The notes: generated from the letters alone by a model not told the origin. Positions 51,546-64,000 are shown, counted from the first letter of the stretch. The stretch is DNA of 64,000 nt from Octopus bimaculoides (GCF_001194135.2 NC_069002.1:36017019-36081018), one strand, 5' to 3'. Numbers and translations: made by a program.

Positions 51546-53707
51546 GTAGATGACAACAGTTAAATGATACATACATACGTACATATAGAAGTTTGTGTGT
51601 GTGTGTATAAATGTGCATGTATCAATATATAGACACATGCGCATACACACACGCATATATATATGTAATGCGTGTGTGTATGTATGCATGTATGGTAATG
51701 TATATATTCGTGTAGGAATATGTAAGTATGAACGCATCTCTATATATATGTTTGTATATTGTAGCGTAGTGGGAAGCGACTACTTTGATTAGGTGACTGT
51801 CGTTGCTGAAATTTCAAATAATTTGAGCGTGATATGTAATCAAAGATAATTGAATATGGTTATTTTCTAATTAAGACTGATTCAACATTTGCTTGATTAC
51901 TAGCAGACAGAATGAAATATTGATTTCAAACCATGATTATTTGTTTAAAGGTGGAGTAGCGCTGGTGATCGAAGTTATTCAGGTGTTTAGTCTTGTTAAT
52001 TTATATTCATATTTATAACCTAGNNNNNNNNNNNNNNNNNNNNNNNNNNNNNNNNNNNNNNNNNNNNNNNNNNNNNNNNNNNNNNNNNNNNNNNNNNNNN
52101 NNNNNNNNNNNNNNNNNNNNNNNNNNNNNNNNNNNNNNNNNNNNNNNNNNNNNNNNNNNNNNNNNNNNNNNNNNNNNNNNNNNNNNNNNNNNNNNNNNNN
52201 NNNNNNNNNNNNNNNNNNNNNNNNNNNNNNNNNNNNNNNNNNNNNNNNNNNNNNNNNNNNNNNNNNNNNNNNNNNNNNNNNNNNNNNNNNNNNNNNNNNN
52301 NNNNNNNNNNNNNNNNNNNNNNNNNNNNNNNNNNNNNNNNNNNNNNNNNNNNNNNNNNNNNNNNNNNNNNNNNNNNNNNNNNNNNNNNNNNNNNNNNNNN
52401 NNNNTAATAATTCATTTTTTGAAAAAAAAAAACAGGTAATGAAACATCAATTTTTCTTAAAGTGAAAGTAGAGGTAAAAAGAATTAAAATTTTAAAGTCT
52501 ATCAAAGTTTCTTTGGATTTAAACTGAATTTATTTTCTATAAAATGTAACATTTTTAGATGGGCAAACAATTTACAATTTAAATTTTCCCACATTGTTGT
52601 CAGCAAAGTGACAAATGTTGAACTAGTTTTTTTTTTCTTTAATGTATCCTGAAGACGTAGGTTCCTTCTGGAAGCTACTAACACAGAAACTCTTAGCAGT
52701 TGCATTTGGATACACAGAGTGCGACCAGTAACAGGTCAACAGGTCAGTAGGGACATAAAGCGCTCTAACCGTTTCTCGTTTCTTGTTGTTTCTACCTTGT
52801 GTAGGCGGTAACCCAAAGGAATGTTTTTCATTGTTCACTTTGATATCGTTTAAATTATTGTATCTAATTATAATTTAATGCTAATTTTCTGTGAAATGAA
52901 TCACCATTCCTAATTTTCCTTATCCGCTATTCCCAACTTTAATTGTAAGACGTCTTTCTTTCTCACCCCATCTTTGTTTAACTTTTTTCTCATCCCCCAA
53001 GCTTTTGTATGACCCTTGTTTAATATTCAACGTATTTTATTGCAATTCTTCGAACCCCTTGTGGCTAATAAAGAAATGATCATCATTCTTGTAAAAAAAA
53101 TAAAATATTATTAACAATAAAGAAATCATCATCATCATCAGCAACAGCAGCAGCATAATGTTCATCTTCATTATTATCCATCATCAACATCATTATCTTG
53201 ATTACTATTATACTATTATTGTTGTTTCTGGTGTTGTTGGGTGCCAAGACGAATCTTAAACATTATAGCTGAGAGCTATTGGAATGCATTGTCTTCGAAA
53301 TGTTTACATAGCTCAAGCAGAGGTGCAGTACGCTTTCAGCAGAAAAGTAAAATTCTTCGGAGAACGTTAACTCATTGAATGTTAAATGCCATTACAATCA
53401 CGCCTAATTAAGCATTTTCAAAGAAATAAAAGTTTTCACAAAGGCCACATAACAAGGAATAGCCTTGACTTGTCTTGCAGAAAGGATGGAGCTCCTGTTA
53501 CTATTGAGAACGGATCAATTGAAAATACTGTAAAGTAAACCTGCACTGCGGCATTCAAACATCACAACATTGCCAATTCCAGTTGCATTATACAGGTATT
53601 TCATTAAAATTGGTGATTCAGAAAACACAAAAAAAAACACAAAAAAAAACAGAAAAATATCAGAGACACTAAGACGCAAAATAACCTAAGAATTCCAACT
53701 ATAAACA

Positions 53708-53886
53708 TACGAGTGGGGTGGTGCTGAAAAGTTCTTGGCTTCAAGGGTTTTGCGAAAGGCCTGGCTGGAGGCCCAAATTTCTCTGAGTTCTTTTACAGGG
53801 CTTTGGAGAACAAGAACCGCGGCAATAAGTGTGTGAATATCTGAGAGTGGAATATGTTGAATAAAATCATAATTAACTGATCCTCC
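53708..53886 (+). mobile_element. Truncated non-autonomous mariner-type element
   Basis: It begins with the TIR-like TACGAG..GGTGCTGAAAAGTTCTTGGC and contains AATAAGTGTGTGAAT-CTGAGAG-GGAATATGTTGAATAA, a remnant of the mariner C-terminal NKCVxLRGEYVE*. No right TIR is visible. Confidence 0.6.
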
Positions 53887-54212
53887 AACTGATTGTTTTC
53901 TCGCATACATTCATGCACACACAACTCTACACGCTCACACAGGCGACGCTGTGGTAAGAAGATTGCCAAAAGATTACTTGGATATATATATATATATATA
54001 CATNNNNNNNNNNNNNNNNNNNNNNNNNNNNNNNNNNNNNNNNNNNNNNNNNNNNNNNNNNNNNNNNNNNNNNNNNNNNNNNNNNNNNNNNNNNNNNNNN
54101 NNNNNNNNNNNNNNNNNNNNNNNNNNNNNNNNNNNNNNNNNNNNNNNNNNNNNNNNNNNNNNNNNNNNNNNNNNNNNNNNNNNNNNNNNNNNNNNNNNNN
54201 NNNNNNNNNNNN

Positions 54213-54243
<31 letters not shown>

Positions 54244-54244
54244 G

Positions 54245-54565
54245 GGCACTGCCTTAAGGGGTGTAGGTCAAACGAATCCATCCTAGCACTTATTTTAAAG
54301 TCTGGTACTTATTCTACCCGTCTCTCTGTCGAACCGTTAGGTTACGAAAAAGCTAACAAAACAACGCCGGTTGTGAAGTGCTGGTTGGGGACAAACGCAG
54401 AAAAAGTAATATACACACACGACGGGCTTTTTTCAGTTTCCATTTTACCAGATCTTCCCACATGGCTGTGGTCGGTTCGGATTATAGTAGAAAATAGTTA
54501 AGGTGCCATGTAGTGGGACAGAACGATGTTGTTGGGAAGCAAACCCCTTACAACCCAGCCATGCC
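54245..54565 (-). mobile_element. Family-B SINE, near full length
   Basis: It reads GGCACTGCCTTAAG...GTACTTATTCTA...GACGGGCTTTTTTCAGTTTCC...GTTGGGAAGCAA. Confidence 0.8.
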
Positions 54566-54670
54566 AGTCTGCATTGTCCAAAGTCTCCCTCAATAAAAGA
54601 CTATTCATAAGATCACGATGCGTGGGTAGTTTTGCTGGTCATTTCTAGTACGTTGTGCAACCATGTATAG

Positions 54671-54966
54671 CAGTAGTACTCATCCAGGGTCAACATGAAT
54701 TTGGAGGTCCATATAACCATTGAGGATCCATATAAAATTTTAGTTGTTAAAATTCATAAGCAAGAATGTGCTCCTGCTCATCGTATACGGCGCAAAATAT
54801 TTTGATAGTTTTCATTCAATTTCTAATAAAATTTAATTATATTTGATTATAAAACACTCTAATAGGATTTTTAAACATGGGTACGAATGTATACGAGGGT
54901 CTATTCGAGTAAAATATGAATTAAATGGATTCACAGGTATAAAAAAAAAATGGTTGAGAACCACTA
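54671..54966. mobile_element. hAT-type MITE
   Basis: The TIRs are CAGTAGTACTCATCC and GGTTGAGAACCACTA (CAGTGGTTCTCAACC type). The flanking 8-mers ATGTATAG and ATGTAGAA match at 6/8, consistent with a decayed 8-bp TSD. Confidence 0.65.
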
Positions 54967-55377
54967 ATGTAGAAACTCTCACGTTTGCTTGTCGTGGAGA
55001 AACAATATTCATTTTTGCTTCGGCATATTGGTGAACGTCAAGCGAAACCGATACGACGATCCACCATACTAAATTAATTAATAATAGTGAGAAATTGTAG
55101 AGGCAGAAATTAAGGTTAATTATATTTAACGTCAATATATTTAATAAAAACTTGTGTATATAAATATTTTGATTTCTTTTACTGTCAAAATATTGATTTT
55201 TTTTTTCTTTCAGCGCAAATAAATATTGGAAGAGGACACAAGAAAACAGTGTGAGAGAAAATATATTAGATTATATTGGAGCAAGTTCTTGTACCTGACA
55301 TCTATGTATGATTGCATGTATGCATATAATAATGTGTGTATATTGTTATGCATATCGGTACGTATATATGTATACAC

Positions 55378-55427
<50 letters not shown>

Positions 55428-56260
55428 ACACATATATGTATGCATGTGTAAGTACACGTATGAACGTAATCGTGGTGGCTGAATGTATGCAGGTAATCAT
55501 TTCTGTACGTACATACATATATACAAATGTACGTACATGGACACAGATATGTGTGCGTGAGTGTTTGCATAAGCGTGTGTGTACATATATTTGGAGGAAC
55601 AAACACGAAATAGAATACAGAATATGTGTGTATATATACACGTGAGTATGAGCTTATGTACATATATAGTAGAGTTTATTCAGAAGAAATTGCTGATTCA
55701 TACACAAAATTCAAATGTGTGGCCCGAATATCTATCTATCTGTCTGTATGTCTATCTGTCTGTCTGTCTGTTCGTCTGTCTGTCTGTCCATTTGTCTGTC
55801 TTTATGTTCGTGTGTGTGTGCGTGTTTGTGTCTATCTAATTTCAAGTCATTTCAGTCTCAATTCTCTTGAATTCTGTTTTCTTTTACCCCCACCCACCGT
55901 CTCCCACGCTGTTCCCTTGTTTCCTAGTCACACCCTTGTCCACCCCATCCTCACACATTCTTCATACACTTACACCATTACAACACATGCACACACATCG
56001 TGACCTCACACACCCTAATAGTTTTCACTTACATCTCATCACTTCCAACTTCTTACTCGCTTGACCGCACCCCACCCCACGTACACTAGTCACTGCACAC
56101 ACATACACGCACGCTTTTGCACCATCTCACCTTTCCGACAACGAACTCCTGACCAAACACACACGTATCCCCATATTCTCCCTTCTGGTCACCCTCACAC
56201 ATACACACCCACTATATACTACTTTCACTCAACACTACTTACGCTCTACATACATAAATT

Positions 56261-56295
<35 letters not shown>

Positions 56296-57409
56296 TCTTA
56301 AACATCTGTACAAGAAGCCACACCCATCCATATAGCAACATACACTCGTGCATACACGTTTTCTCCTTCCCTCACATTTCTCGTATATATATATATANNN
56401 NNNNNNNNNNNNNNNNNNNNNNNNNNNNNNNNNNNNNNNNNNNNNNNNNNNNNNNNNNNNNNNNNNNNNNNNNNNNNNNNNNNNNNNNNNNNNNNNNNNN
56501 NNNNNNNNNNNNNNNNNNNNNNNNNNNNNNNNNNNNNNNNNNNNNNNNNNNNNNNNNNNNNNNNNNNNNNNNNNNNNNNNNNNNNNNNNNNNNNNNNNNN
56601 NNNNNNNNNNNNNNNNNNNNNNNNNNNNNNNNNNNNNNNNNNNNNNNNNNNNNNNNNNNNNNNNNNNNNNNNNNNNNNNNNNNNNNNNNNNNNNNNNNNN
56701 NNNNNNNNNNNNNNNNNNNNNNNNNNNNNNNNNNNNNNNNNNNNNNNNNNNNNNNNNNNNNNNNNNNNNNNNNNNNNNNNNNNNNNNNNNNNNNNNNNNN
56801 NNNNNNNNNNNNNNNNNNNNNNNNNNNNNNNNNNNNNNNNNNNNNNNNNNNNNNNNNNNNNNNNNNNNNNNNNNNNNNNNNNNNNNNNNNNNNNNNNNNN
56901 NNNNNNNNNNNNNNNNNNNNNNNNNNNNNNNNNNNNNNNNNNNNNNNNNNNNNNNNNNNNNNNNNNNNNNNNNNNNNNNNNNNNNNNNNNNNNNNNNNNN
57001 NNNNNNNNNNNNNNNNNNNNNNNNNNNNNNNNNNNNNNNNNNNNNNNNNNNNNNNNNNNNNNNNNNNNNNNNNNNNNNNNNNNNNNNNNNNNNNNNNNNN
57101 NNNNNNNNNNNNNNNNNNNNNNNNNNNNNNNNNNNNNNNNNNNNNNNNNNNNNNNNNNNNNNNNNNNNNNNNNNNNNNNNNNNNNNNNNNNNNNNNNNNN
57201 NNNNNNNNNNNNNNAAAAGGTGCTTTGCATTTGAAAACTATGGAAATATTTTTAAAAAACATTTCATTTAATTTTTCCACAATTTAATTGTTTTTTATGC
57301 TTTACTCTAAGTTGAAAAACTCGCAGAGAATAAAAACGCTGGGTTAACGACTCAACATATCACCCCCGCCCCCTCAATGAACATATATAATGGAAAGATT
57401 TAAATAAGT

Positions 57410-57466
57410 TCACCGAAGTAATCCCCTTCTGCAACCATAAGTTTTCCTCCACTTTCTTGAAACTGT
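57410..57466 (-). mobile_element. Short mariner C-terminal remnant
   Basis: It translates FQE....VAEGDYFGE, resembling the mariner end CFQxWKxRxxKCVxAxGDYFEGD. Confidence 0.45.
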
Positions 57467-58402
57467 ATAGAAATAAAAATAAATTTAAAAACAATAAATA
57501 ATAACAAGTGTAACAGTTTGCGTTAGGGTGATTTGAAACCTCGAAGATTGGTTTTGATACTACTGTTGGACTATTCTAAAATAGCACTTTTTTCTTTTTT
57601 TTTTTAAATCTTTCCATTATTTGCATAGGCTTGTCTAAGGCTAGTCCATTATTGACTATATAAATTTACTCTTACATAAAAATTATTTTTTTTCTTTGTG
57701 CAGTACCCGAGGAAGGTGTAGAACTTTGTGTTTTAACTCGAAATGGTGTTAAATCATTTCTGTCCTGGATTTTTAACCGATGGACTGCTTTATGGTACCT
57801 AATTTCTTTATTTTATTTTATGTTATTTTTTATATCGACCTATATAATATTATATATTTGAAATTTTTAATCGTATTAATTTTAACTTCTATGAAATGAT
57901 ATATATGTGTATCACCTTTAACTCAATTTTTTTTTATTTGTATGTTATCGGTTGGTATAATATATTCGTGTAGAAAATGTTATACTATATGTTCTATTTC
58001 TTGCATCTTATTTTTTATGTATTTCTTATTTTATTATTTCTTCTTGCGTTATATCTTCTTATTCCTTATGTTTGACGGATTATGCTGTATTTCTTATATA
58101 TCTTCACTGAGGGGGTGTGATAGGTTGAGTCGTTAACCCAGTCTTTTTATTCTTTAACTAATATTTTACTCTTGTCTCAATTTTTCTGAGCACTTCTCCT
58201 TGCAGCCCTGTATAAAATTTATTGGTTTCATAATAAGAAGCCATTAATATTATATATATATATAATCTTACTATAATGGGTGTTATGTCCGTTTNNNNNN
58301 NNNNNNNNTTAGCATTAAACTATCAGAAAGTATGATTATTTCGTGAATATCGATTTTTAAAAAAATTAATAAACCAACTTCGCATTTTTAATAAAAATTC
58401 AC

Positions 58403-58466
58403 CGACCCCGAGTAACTCTGGATTTTCATCGTATAGTTCGTAGCCCCATCGTAGATGCGAAGGATC
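58403..58466 (-). CDS. Candidate 64-nt exon (one frame is CUB-domain-like)
   Basis: It is a CpG-rich island between a pyrimidine tract plus AG (atypical GAG) and GTGAAT. One frame reads ILRIYDGATNYTMKIQSYSGS and another DPSHLRWGYELYDENPELLGV. Confidence 0.25.
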
Positions 58467-59289
58467 CTCGCGAAAGGTTATTAACAAAAATAAAATGGAA
58501 AAAATGTGTGCATACACACGCGCACACACACACACACTCGCGGACACACATATACACGCTCACACTCATAAAATATTTTGAACATTTTCGTCACGTTTCA
58601 TTGTTGATCCATGGTATTTAGGTTGGAACAATTACATTGGTTTTTCTATTAATATTCCAAGACCTTAACCTTATCTTCTAAAGGATATGAAGAATAGTGG
58701 CTTAGTGTTGCCAGGTTTTGTAATAAGCAGCAAAGGAAATGGGGACAATATTGAAAGCCTAATAGACTTAGGAAAATTGTTTTACATTCAATACAAAGGA
58801 CTTTGAAGAAAACACAAAATATATCCTTAATGTAAAAGATTTACCCCAAACATAATTGTCGTATTATGTCTTTCATATAGCTTGTTTAAAGAGACACTTT
58901 TCTCTGTATGTATATGCATACGTATGTATACATATATGCATAAATACTCTCACACAAGTATACACACACAGATATGTCTGTCTATCTCTCTATCCATCTA
59001 TCTATCTATCCGTCCGTCTTTGTCTGCCTATCTATCAATCAGTTCATACATACATCCACACACATATATATATATACACATATGCATACATGGATTTATG
59101 CATTCATGGGCATATGCATACATACATCCATACATACATCTATACATATATATATACATATACACGTGCATATATTTGTGCGTATATATATATATATATA
59201 TATATATAGTTGTGTATATACATATATCTGTATATATATATGTGCGTGTTTATTCCTTTAAGTTCGTTACGGAAATGTTTTTCATTAAG

Positions 59290-59385
59290 TATATGACAAA
59301 GTTGAGCAGAGAATCTGCATCAGATTTTGCCAAAAGCATGGCGATTTCTGCCCAGAGGCCTACGCAAAGTTTTCAACAAGTTTTC
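59290..59385 (+). mobile_element. Mariner N-terminal fragment in the opposite orientation
   Basis: It translates EQRICIRFCQKHGDFCPEAYAK and is homologous to the inverted copy at about 59650-59697. Confidence 0.7.
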
Positions 59386-59399
59386 ATCGTCCTAGACAC

Positions 59400-59855
59400 A
59401 ATCAAATAGATCTTGTGCAACTGAAAACCGAGTATCTTGGCAGACACGCGTCTCCTACTCAAATCTTCAGTGATAATGGACTAAACTGAATCGTAACTGC
59501 GCATTCTCTGATAACACACGGATGATGATTCGACGATTTCCCCTAACAGCTGCACGTACATCTACGATGTTTGCCGACCTCCCAGAACGTTCCGACCATC
59601 TTGGAAACGTCTGAACCACTTGTGTGCGGCTCATACACTCCTCTCCATACACTTTGTACAGCTTTGCGTTGGCCCCTGAGTAGGTATCGCCATGACAACT
59701 TTCTGCCGTAAACAACGGAAGTGACCTAAAACGTTAAAGCTTACTGCGCATGCACAATAAAGTTCAAATTCAATCTTTGCCAAACAGCTGCATTCTACGT
59801 GCTTTTGCTTCGTTACTCTCGCAACAGTCCAGACACTTATTGATCAGACCTCGTA
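59400..59855 (-). mobile_element. Mariner transposon 5' remnant with TIR
   Basis: The TIR TA-CGAGGTCTGATCAATAAGT lies at the right end. The ORF remnant KLYKVYGEECMSRTQV...ERSGRS...NIVDVRAAVRGNRRI is the mariner HTH region. Confidence 0.8.
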
Positions 59856-60514
59856 TATATATGCGTGCGTGTGTGTGTATGTATGTATAGATGTATATAT
59901 ATTTACACATAAATGATTTCAAAAACAAAGTGATACTCATAGCTCTTAGCACAGGTCAAACACTTGAAATTTAAGGAAGTGGTCATTTGATAACATCAAG
60001 ATTTAATATCTGACTAGGTCTATATGTTGTGATTGAAAGGCAAAACTGACCTCGGCAGAATTTGGATTCTGAATCTGAAGAGAGATGTGAGCACCAAAGA
60101 GAAGAATTGCTTTTCAAACGTTGCTTCTGTGGTAATTAGTGTTAGGGTTAGTGTGTTTGGCTCAACATCCGAACTGCTTACCATAAAAAAGCTGAAATAA
60201 ATTCTGATTCGGACACATATTGTCGACCGGCAGTAAAGTGTCATTTTGTATTCTGTCAGAATCCTTAGAAAAATTCTTGTAATTGGAAACGTGATGCTGT
60301 CACCAAACCTCATAGCAACATCACTGTTAACAAAATTAGCGTCAAATAGATTTTGAAAAATAACGATGCCGCCGATGATGATGATGATGATGAAAAAAAA
60401 GCAACAAAACAGTAACAAAAAAAAACAGCATTAGCTGCAGCAGCGGCAGCAGCAACTATAATAAGGACGATGACGACAACAAGAACAACAGCAACAACAG
60501 CCACAATAATAGTG

Positions 60515-61680
60515 ATAATAATAATAATAATTCTTTATTGGCCACAAGGACCGCAAAAAACACTTAGGACTAAGGATTTACACAAAACCGTGTAAAACTT
60601 AAAAGAAACAGTCAAAGAAATAAATTCTCTAACAGGAGGAAAACAACACAAGGGTAACCAAGGTACTCCATAGGTCCCAAGCTACCCTACTCATCAGCTG
60701 TACATCAACTACTCCTGTCTCTCATACGTGGACCTCAGCCTACAGACATCATTTTAGAGTGGGCTCACTTACTCGAGCCACTCTCACCATATCCACTCAC
60801 GTTTCAAAACATTTAATTGGTGATTGGGTGACAGCGCTTTCGCTCTCAACTCTCACTTCTCTTTTCAAATGGAATTTTAAAAGTCCAAAAAGGCTTGTGC
60901 GAAGAAGGTGTCTGCCTCCAGTCTTTTCATCCTCGTTCACCTCACAACGTATTTCACCAAAGCCACTAAACAGAGGAAAAGAGGCTGCACCTTTATACCA
61001 AAGGAAAGCGGTGGGGCGATCTACAAAGGGATGTTTGGGTGCCTGACATACACGTGATGGCTACCATTCAACATAAATCGATAAGTCAGCAATGCTTGGG
61101 AACTAGACGAGAGGTGGCAAGGTGGTTTTATCTCTCTACGTGCATCTTGGGCAGTCGGGGCTGACATTCCCATGCCTGTAGAGATCATTTCGAACTGACA
61201 ATGTCTCCCCTGTAGCACTGCAACGGTAGGAATTTCAGGAAAGTATCCGTGGGTCTTGATACAAAAGTCTACCGAAAAAACGCACAGATTTTCCCAAGAA
61301 TTTTGTCACTCATAGCCGCCTCTAATTTTCTATAAAACACCATGGTGGGCTCGCATTACACGACTGGCCGAGGGTTGTGTGCCCTTTACGGCGCTCAAAT
61401 TGCCAGGCACCATGCCTCGGTTGACGCTTGACCCAGGACTTCAGCTCAGTCAAAACACGACCGTTCACTCCAAGGAAAGCAGAAGAGGAAATGTTCCATT
61501 CTGGGTTACCCTGAAACGGAGCAAGGCACGAGCATTCGTCGGTAGTAAATGACGAATGAGATCTTTATGTTCGCCACCTCCGACTGACCCTTCAGAGTTT
61601 ATTTCTGGGTGAGACTTGTCACACTGCTCGTCACCTGTTCCCAGTTCTTGTTCCCTTGGAGATCTGGAACAAATCAAACC
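60515..61680 (-). mobile_element. 5'-truncated L1/Tx1-clade LINE (zinc-knuckle region, C-terminus, 3' UTR, (ATT)n tail)
   Basis: Degenerate translation gives QCYRG / VRNDLYRHGNVSPDCPRC / LFLCLVALVK..TRMK / FHLKREVRVES / VARVS. It ends in CCTTGTGGCCAATAAAGAA plus (ATT)n and is GC-richer than the flanks. Confidence 0.75.
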
Positions 61681-61774
61681 CCGAGCAATTTAACTAGTCA
61701 GTCCGTTCGCCTGTCCGTTCGTCCAGCACCCATGTTATATTAAGAATACCCTTAATATAATAATGGTTTCAAAT

Positions 61775-61983
61775 TTTGGCACAAAGCCAACTATTTTGAA
61801 AGGAAGGGGTTTGTCGATTACATTGACCCCAGTGCTTAGCTGGAACTTATTTATCGACTCTGAAAGTATGAAAGACAAAATCAGCATCGTCGGAATTTGA
61901 ACTAGGGACGTAATGAGTCGAAAAAAGTACCACAAAGCAATTTTGCCAACCAACGTCTTCTAACTTATTCTGCCAGCTCGCCA
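61775..61983 (-). mobile_element. Family-A SINE
   Basis: It is a reverse-complement match ending in TTCTGCCAGCTCGCC. Confidence 0.75.
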
Positions 61984-62510
61984 AAAACACGAATAAGAAC
62001 ATTATGTGCTTGACATTATTTTCTATAAAAAATATAACAATAATTTATTAAATATAGACTAAGTAATGACGATGATGTTGCATAGAAGCAAGCTGGAAGA
62101 AGAAAAGGAGAGCTAAGTCTTACACTGATTTAGCTGTTAATTTAAAACATTATGACAGTTGATGAACGTATCAATTATCCGATATTTAAATGGTGCAATG
62201 GTAACATTACACCACCATTTCTACAAAGATCTATATAGTCACGTTTCAGAAAATATCACGGTAATACTAGGAAGCTCAATAAATACTGCTGCGGCGTTTT
62301 CGCGTAGCGTTTCTTAATTTTCGATAGTCTTATGCATATTTACCTTTATTTTAATGAACAGCAGCTCGTGATATATGCCCTTGCAAAGTATTGCTTTACT
62401 TCTCCATACGTCATATCTTCAGGCATCGGTAATTATGGACCACTTTACCAAAGTTTGAATATTGATGATTTTCCTGAGGGAAAATGCAAATGGGAAGAAC
62501 AGAAAGAGAA

Positions 62511-62830
62511 GAGGTGCACTGTAGAAGTTTTCAGACTTTTTCAGGAGAGACATTGATTTCAAAGAAGTTCAAAACTCTAATCAGTTCCGAAATAGGTTCC
62601 TCTGATATTAATATACCTGTTACAGCGCTCCAGCCCTCTGTGCAGGCCCCATGGAAGTCCTACAAATTGGTGTCCAAGAATCTTGTCACAGCCTCCTTCA
62701 TCTTCAAAACCCTTCTGAGTTAAGGAAACAACCAAAATTCACAGAGAGCAAGATTTATACTCTAGGGAGGGTGAAGGACAGCTGTGATACCCATCTCTGC
62801 TTAAGTAGTTCTTGCGAGAACTCTCGTTAC
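62511..62830 (-). mobile_element. Mariner transposon 3' remnant
   Basis: The translation MGITAVLHPP*SINLALCEFWLFP..KEAVTRFLDT..DFHGA..LERCNRYINIRGTYFGTD* is a degenerate HPPYSPDLAPxDFWLFP and C-terminus. A TIR-like AAAAAGTCTGAAAACTT...GCACCTC follows. Confidence 0.75.
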
Positions 62831-63523
62831 GGAGTATTTAGGGAGAACATTTTGCACAAATTTTGCGACTATTCATGACAAAATCTGTGTACAGTTGCCA
62901 TTCCAACTCCAAACTGTATATTTATTGCCTTTATAGACATGACATTCTTGGTCTTGAAAATTGCAAATTTACTCAACCATCCCTTTAGCTCTGATTTTAT
63001 TCTCCTCCCTACACCTCTCCTCACCTCTACAACAAAAGTTGGCAAGTCAGCTTAGATGAATAGTCATGCTCTACTAATATTCCTTTCTGCTCTAACACAA
63101 GGCCTGAAATTTTGGGGGAGGGGGTAGGTTGATTAGATGGAAAAGGGACAACTGATGAAGGGAAATATTCTTTATGTTGCATGTCTCGTTTATTCTGTTT
63201 GTTTGTTTTTTCGCTGTTCGAAAAAAGTTCGTTTTCTGTTTTCGTTTTTATGTTTTCGTTTCTCATTGTGTTTAACGCTTTTTGTGATATCCTGTACCCA
63301 TATAGGCATGTATGTATACATATAGATGTAGGTATGTACATATATGTATGGATATATATGCATATATTTATACAATATTTATATTATTACATGATCGAAC
63401 GCCACGCATCCGTTTCCAAGTAAGTTTTATCTTATCTATCTATNNNNNNNNNNNNNNNNNNNNNNNNNNNNNNNTATATATGTATATAGACACCCTACAT
63501 ACACACACATATATGTGTGTGTA

Positions 63524-63717
63524 TTTGTCCCACACCACCACTTAACAGCCGGTGTAGGTGTGTTTACGTCCAGGTGACTTAGCGGTTCGGCAAAAGGATA
63601 GGATAGTGCTTGGCTTTCAAATAAAATAAGTACTGGTGTGGATTCGTTCGACCCAAATTTCTTCAACGTGATGCTCCAGCATGGCCGCAATCTAATAACT
63701 GACACAAGTAAAAGATT
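63524..63717 (+). mobile_element. Family-B SINE 3' half
   Basis: It reads GTGTGTTTACGTCC..TAGCGGTTCGGCAAAAG...GCTCCAGCATGGCCGCA...CAAGTAAAAGA. Confidence 0.8.
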
Positions 63718-64000
63718 TAAAAGATATATTACTGTGCTAAGATGTCGAATACTTTCGAAATAAAACTTATTTTAAAAATTGAATAGAAACAGCATCATGA
63801 AAACAGTTAGCAGAGACATACATATACACACAGGCGCGCGCTGACACACATTCTGTGCAAAATATGTACACGCATGCGCACACAAAGACCCCCATCCCAT
63901 CCAAAGGAGAACTAGAATCTAAAAACAGAAAAGCCATTGAAAACTATATTTTTGGTGGGGTATATATGTGGAAGAAGATGAAAGAGGAAAGAATATATAC

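Noticed and set aside
52645-52700. CTGAAGA...GAAAC hammerhead-like words
   Set aside because: GAAA is not adjacent to a closing stem II pair and there is no stem I.
57412-57460. Apparent 49-nt minus-strand exon with a strong acceptor
   Set aside because: It is better explained as a mariner C-terminal remnant (AEGDYF).

Overview
AT-rich eukaryotic genomic DNA from a gapped draft assembly, with many N runs that mostly sit inside microsatellites. The repeat landscape looks like a coleoid cephalopod, probably Octopus; this is my inference from family resemblance, not a search result. I could not confidently identify a host protein-coding gene, and almost all long ORFs in the track are microsatellite or N artefacts. 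The window is a transposon graveyard. It holds two abundant tRNA-type SINE families, Penelope-like (Naiad-type) RT and GIY-YIG fragments, three R4/Dong LINE fragments, a Tx1/L1 3' fragment, several Tc1/mariner remnants, hAT- and pogo-like MITEs, and many unexplained fold-back elements. The most interesting signal is a repeat present twice (19647-19900 and 48108-48238, minus strand) that carries a minimal type I hammerhead ribozyme motif; the first copy also has a tRNA-like B-box head. It is a candidate ribozyme-bearing SINE-like non-autonomous element, possibly mobilised by Penelope-like elements. Three splice-flanked minus-strand segments are weak candidates for exons of a host transcript. 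Boundaries of degenerate repeats are approximate.
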